A stretch of 64,000 bases of DNA, from assembly GCA_038087875.1 (NCBI GenBank), contig JAXLNO010000260.1, forward strand, positions 186,001-250,000, written 5' to 3'. The notes under the pieces are model-generated. The model was not told where the DNA came from. It did no database searches and saw only the letters and a list, made by a program, of their open reading frames with translations. The stretch comes from Malacoraja senta. Lineage: Eukaryota. The translations under genes were made by a program, and so were the position numbers. Positions 61,030 through 64,000 of the stretch are shown here, in pieces. How positions within the stretch are numbered: the stretch's first letter is position 1; each line of letters starts with the position of its first letter.

Positions 61030-63247
61030 TTTTTTTAAATTTTTTAAATTTATTTTATTTTTAAATTATTTTTATTAGAAGTACGGTAAATTACAGTAAT
61101 AAACAACACTTATATCTTAATACATTTTTTATACCGCTTCATTTTTTTGAGCTTTAAGAGAAAGATAGAAGTAAGAAAAGTAAAGAAAGTGCGCAAGAGT
61201 CGTGAAGTGCAAGAGAGTGTTGTGAAAAGAAAGCCCCTTAGAAAAGAAGTTAGAGAAGGAAGTAAAGTAAGAAAGTAGACCCTAGAAAAGAAAGAAAAAG
61301 AAAGTAGGAACAATCGCAGAAAGGGAACCACCAACCAAGTCTGTTTTTATTGTTTTACCTCCCATTACCAGGTCCTGATACCATTTCTTTATTTATTTAT
61401 TTTTTAAATTACTATTGCACCTCATGCTTGTAATAGGTCCAGAAACGTAGACCACGTCTTTTGGAATTGGTCTGCTTTACCTGCTAAGAGGAATCTCATC
61501 TCTTCCAGATGTAATGTTTCCAACATATTTGATGTCCACATTTTTATTGTTGGTGTGGGCGCATTTTTCCAGAATTTAAGTATGAGCTTTTTTCCCATTA
61601 TTAGCCCGTAATTGAATAAGTTCTTCTGATACACGTTTAATTCAGGGATACCTTCCGATATTCCAAAAATGATCCATTCTGGTTTTGGTACCAGTTTTAT
61701 TTTAATTAATTTTGAGAAAATATCAAATATTTCATACCAGAATTTTTGGATTTTTGTACAAAAAACAAAAGAATGCGCTATGGTAGCTTCTTGACATAGA
61801 CATTTATCACAGATTGGTGAAACATTAGGAAAGATTTTATTTAATTTAGTTTTTGAATAATATAGTCTATGTAATGTTTTGAATTGGATGAGCGTATGTC
61901 GTACGTTGATCGAACATTTATGCACCTGTAGTAAATGGTTATCCCAGCTCTCTTTTGAAATTTTTATAGCTAATTCTTGTTCCCAGTCTCTTCTAATTCC
62001 ATCTGTTGTGGGTATTTCTATGTTTAAAATTATATTATATAAGTACGATATTAGATTAGCTGATTCCGCCTTTGTCTTCATTGCTTCATCTAGTAAGTCG
62101 GAAGGCATATTATGATAGTCTTTTATGTATTTTTTCAGGTAATCACGAATTTGTAGATATTTAAAATATTGATTATTTTTCAAATTATATTTCAGTTGTA
62201 GTTGTTGAAATGATAGTAATTTTCCCAATTCATACAGATCTTCGAGCGTTTTGATTCCCATTCTTTCCCATTGTATAAATGATTTGTCTATGGTTGAAGG
62301 TTTAAACGATGGGTTATTAGCTATTGGTATTGAGAGAGATAGGTTTCTTAATTTTAGATTCTGTTTTATTTGTTTCCATGTTCTAATTGTGCTATTTATA
62401 ATTGGGTTTTTATTATAATTTTTATTATTCAAATTTATTGGAGAGAGAATAATCGCTCCTATATTACTCGGGGAACAGTCCCCTTTTTCCATTATAATCC
62501 AGTCCGCCTGCTGGGCAGAATTGTCCAGCAGGTGAATCATATTTTTAATATTTACTGCCCAATTATAATACATAAAGTTAGGGAGCGCGAGACCCCCCAA
62601 CTCTTTTCGTTTATTAAGGTGTGCACTTTGTATTCTATGGGATTTATAATCCCATATAAAATTTGTAATGTCTGAGTCCAATTTTTTGAAAAACTTTTTT
62701 GGGAGATATATAGGTATTGATTGAAATAGGTATAGGATTTGTGGTAAGAAAATCATTTTTATAGCATTTATTCTGCCTATTAAGGACATCGGAAGTGTTT
62801 TCCAGAATTTAATCATATTATTTAATTTCTTAAGTAAGGGATTATAATTGGCTTTAAACATATCCTGGTAATTTCTAGTAATTTCAATTCCCAAATATTT
62901 GAATTTTTCTGTAGCTATTTTAAAGGGGAATTTCCTGAGGTGTGTTGAGTCTTTTGGTTTTATCGACATAATTTCACTTTTGTTCCAGTTTATTCTATAT
63001 CCTGAGAAGGATCCAAAGTCCTCAATTAAATTTAATATATTTGGTATACTAATTTGTGGTTTTGTGATGTACAATAGTACATCATCGGCATATAGGCATA
63101 TTTTGTTATTTGAATATTTTGTATTATAACCGTAAATATCCATGTGTGTTCTTATTTTTTCAGCAAGGGGTTCAATTACTAAAGCAAATAACAGCGGTGA
63201 TAATGAACATCCTTGTCTATTGCCCCTTGATAGTTCAAATCTCGAGG
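61030..63247 (-). mobile_element. 5'-truncated L1-clade LINE with uninterrupted ORF2 remainder
   Basis: RQGCSLSPLLF, LYADD, SGYRINWNKS, KYLG, C-terminal CDKC...H...C; A-rich tail; 16-bp TSD AATGCTGGAGTAACTC at 61014-61029 and 63248-63263. Confidence 0.95.
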
Positions 63248-63329
63248 AATGCTGGAGTAACTCAACGGGACAGGCAGCATCTCTGAAGAGAAGGAATGGG
63301 TGATGTTTCGGGTCGAGACCCTTCTTCAA
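63248..63329 (-). repeat. Penelope-type unit (remainder; its first part lies at 61007-61029)
   Basis: Continuous with GACACAAAATGCTGGAGTAACTC once the L1 is removed. Confidence 0.85.
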
Positions 63330-63744
63330 GGCAAACATTAATGGCAAAAGTAATCTATTGTGTTATCCAAATAGATTTGGGATGAGAGGACAACAGAAAA
63401 ATCCACTTTATCAGCCCACTATAAAATTAAGGCTTTATCTCACAACATGAAGTCTCATTTGGAAGCAGTTCATCCCATTTTCTATGGAAATTTGGCCTGC
63501 AGTTCAATCAGAACAATTACTGAATCAACAACTGACCAAATAGGATTTTGTACACATTGAGTTTCTCCAATTCTAAATCAATAATACAATATTTTGTTCA
63601 CACCTCTAGTAGGAGATATTTGAGGTATTTGCTTAAACAATTTTGAATGTTTTTTAGTTAACTTCAATGATTGGAAGAGAGTTGATCCACTTGGACAAAA
63701 TCTTTGAAGTAACCAGAAGACAGGTTTCAGGTGGAGCACACTTA

Positions 63745-64000
63745 AGGGCCCACTGTACGAGGTAATTCAAGAGCTCTCCCGAGTTTAAAAAAAAAATCAA
63801 ACTCGTGATAAGTACGTAGAATGAACGTAGCGGGTACGTCGGAGCTCGGGACGTCTCTTAGCGGCTCATAACACTAATGGCAGATACTCGGGAAACGCGG
63901 TAAGCTCGTGAAGATTTTTCAACATGTTGAAAAATGTCCACGAGAGCCCCGAGTACCTACGAGCGGCTATTACCGTAATTCTCCGAGTATTCAAATCGAA
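63745..64000. mobile_element. Probable Harbinger-type MITE running off the window end
   Basis: TTA then AGGGCC(del)CACTG, like the TIR at 1114; shares internal ATTTTTCA.CATGTTGAAAA and TCAAACTCG motifs with 1114-1872. Confidence 0.65.

Noticed and set aside
61422..63347. 641-aa ORF as a host gene
   Set aside because: It is a truncated L1 ORF2 with an N-terminus read from a flanking repeat; the TSD defines the real boundary

Overview
Vertebrate genomic DNA, very probably from a cartilaginous fish (skate/ray-like; inferred from HE1-type tRNA SINEs with CR1/HER1-like tails and the repeat mix). I found no supportable host protein-coding exon, rRNA, true tRNA or CRISPR array. The window looks like intergenic or large-intron DNA built from nested transposable elements. 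It holds two related DIRS1-type tyrosine-recombinase retrotransposons (one with complete ITR/ICR termini but dead ORFs, one with better ORFs but truncated by a MITE), a near-complete Mag-like Gypsy LTR element with 5-bp TSD, a gag-pro-only Gypsy derivative, CR1, Rex1/Babar and L1 LINEs, a fragmented Penelope-like element, about 11 short Penelope-type terminal repeats carrying a minimal hammerhead-ribozyme-like motif (often as inverted dimers), Harbinger and hAT MITEs, and an unclassified GC-rich non-autonomous retroposon family. The most notable structures are the hammerhead-bearing palindromic units, the apparently trans-mobilised dead DIRS with an internal ~90-bp repeat, and two templated-insertion scars. 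Coordinates of degenerate repeats are approximate; no database searches were run.
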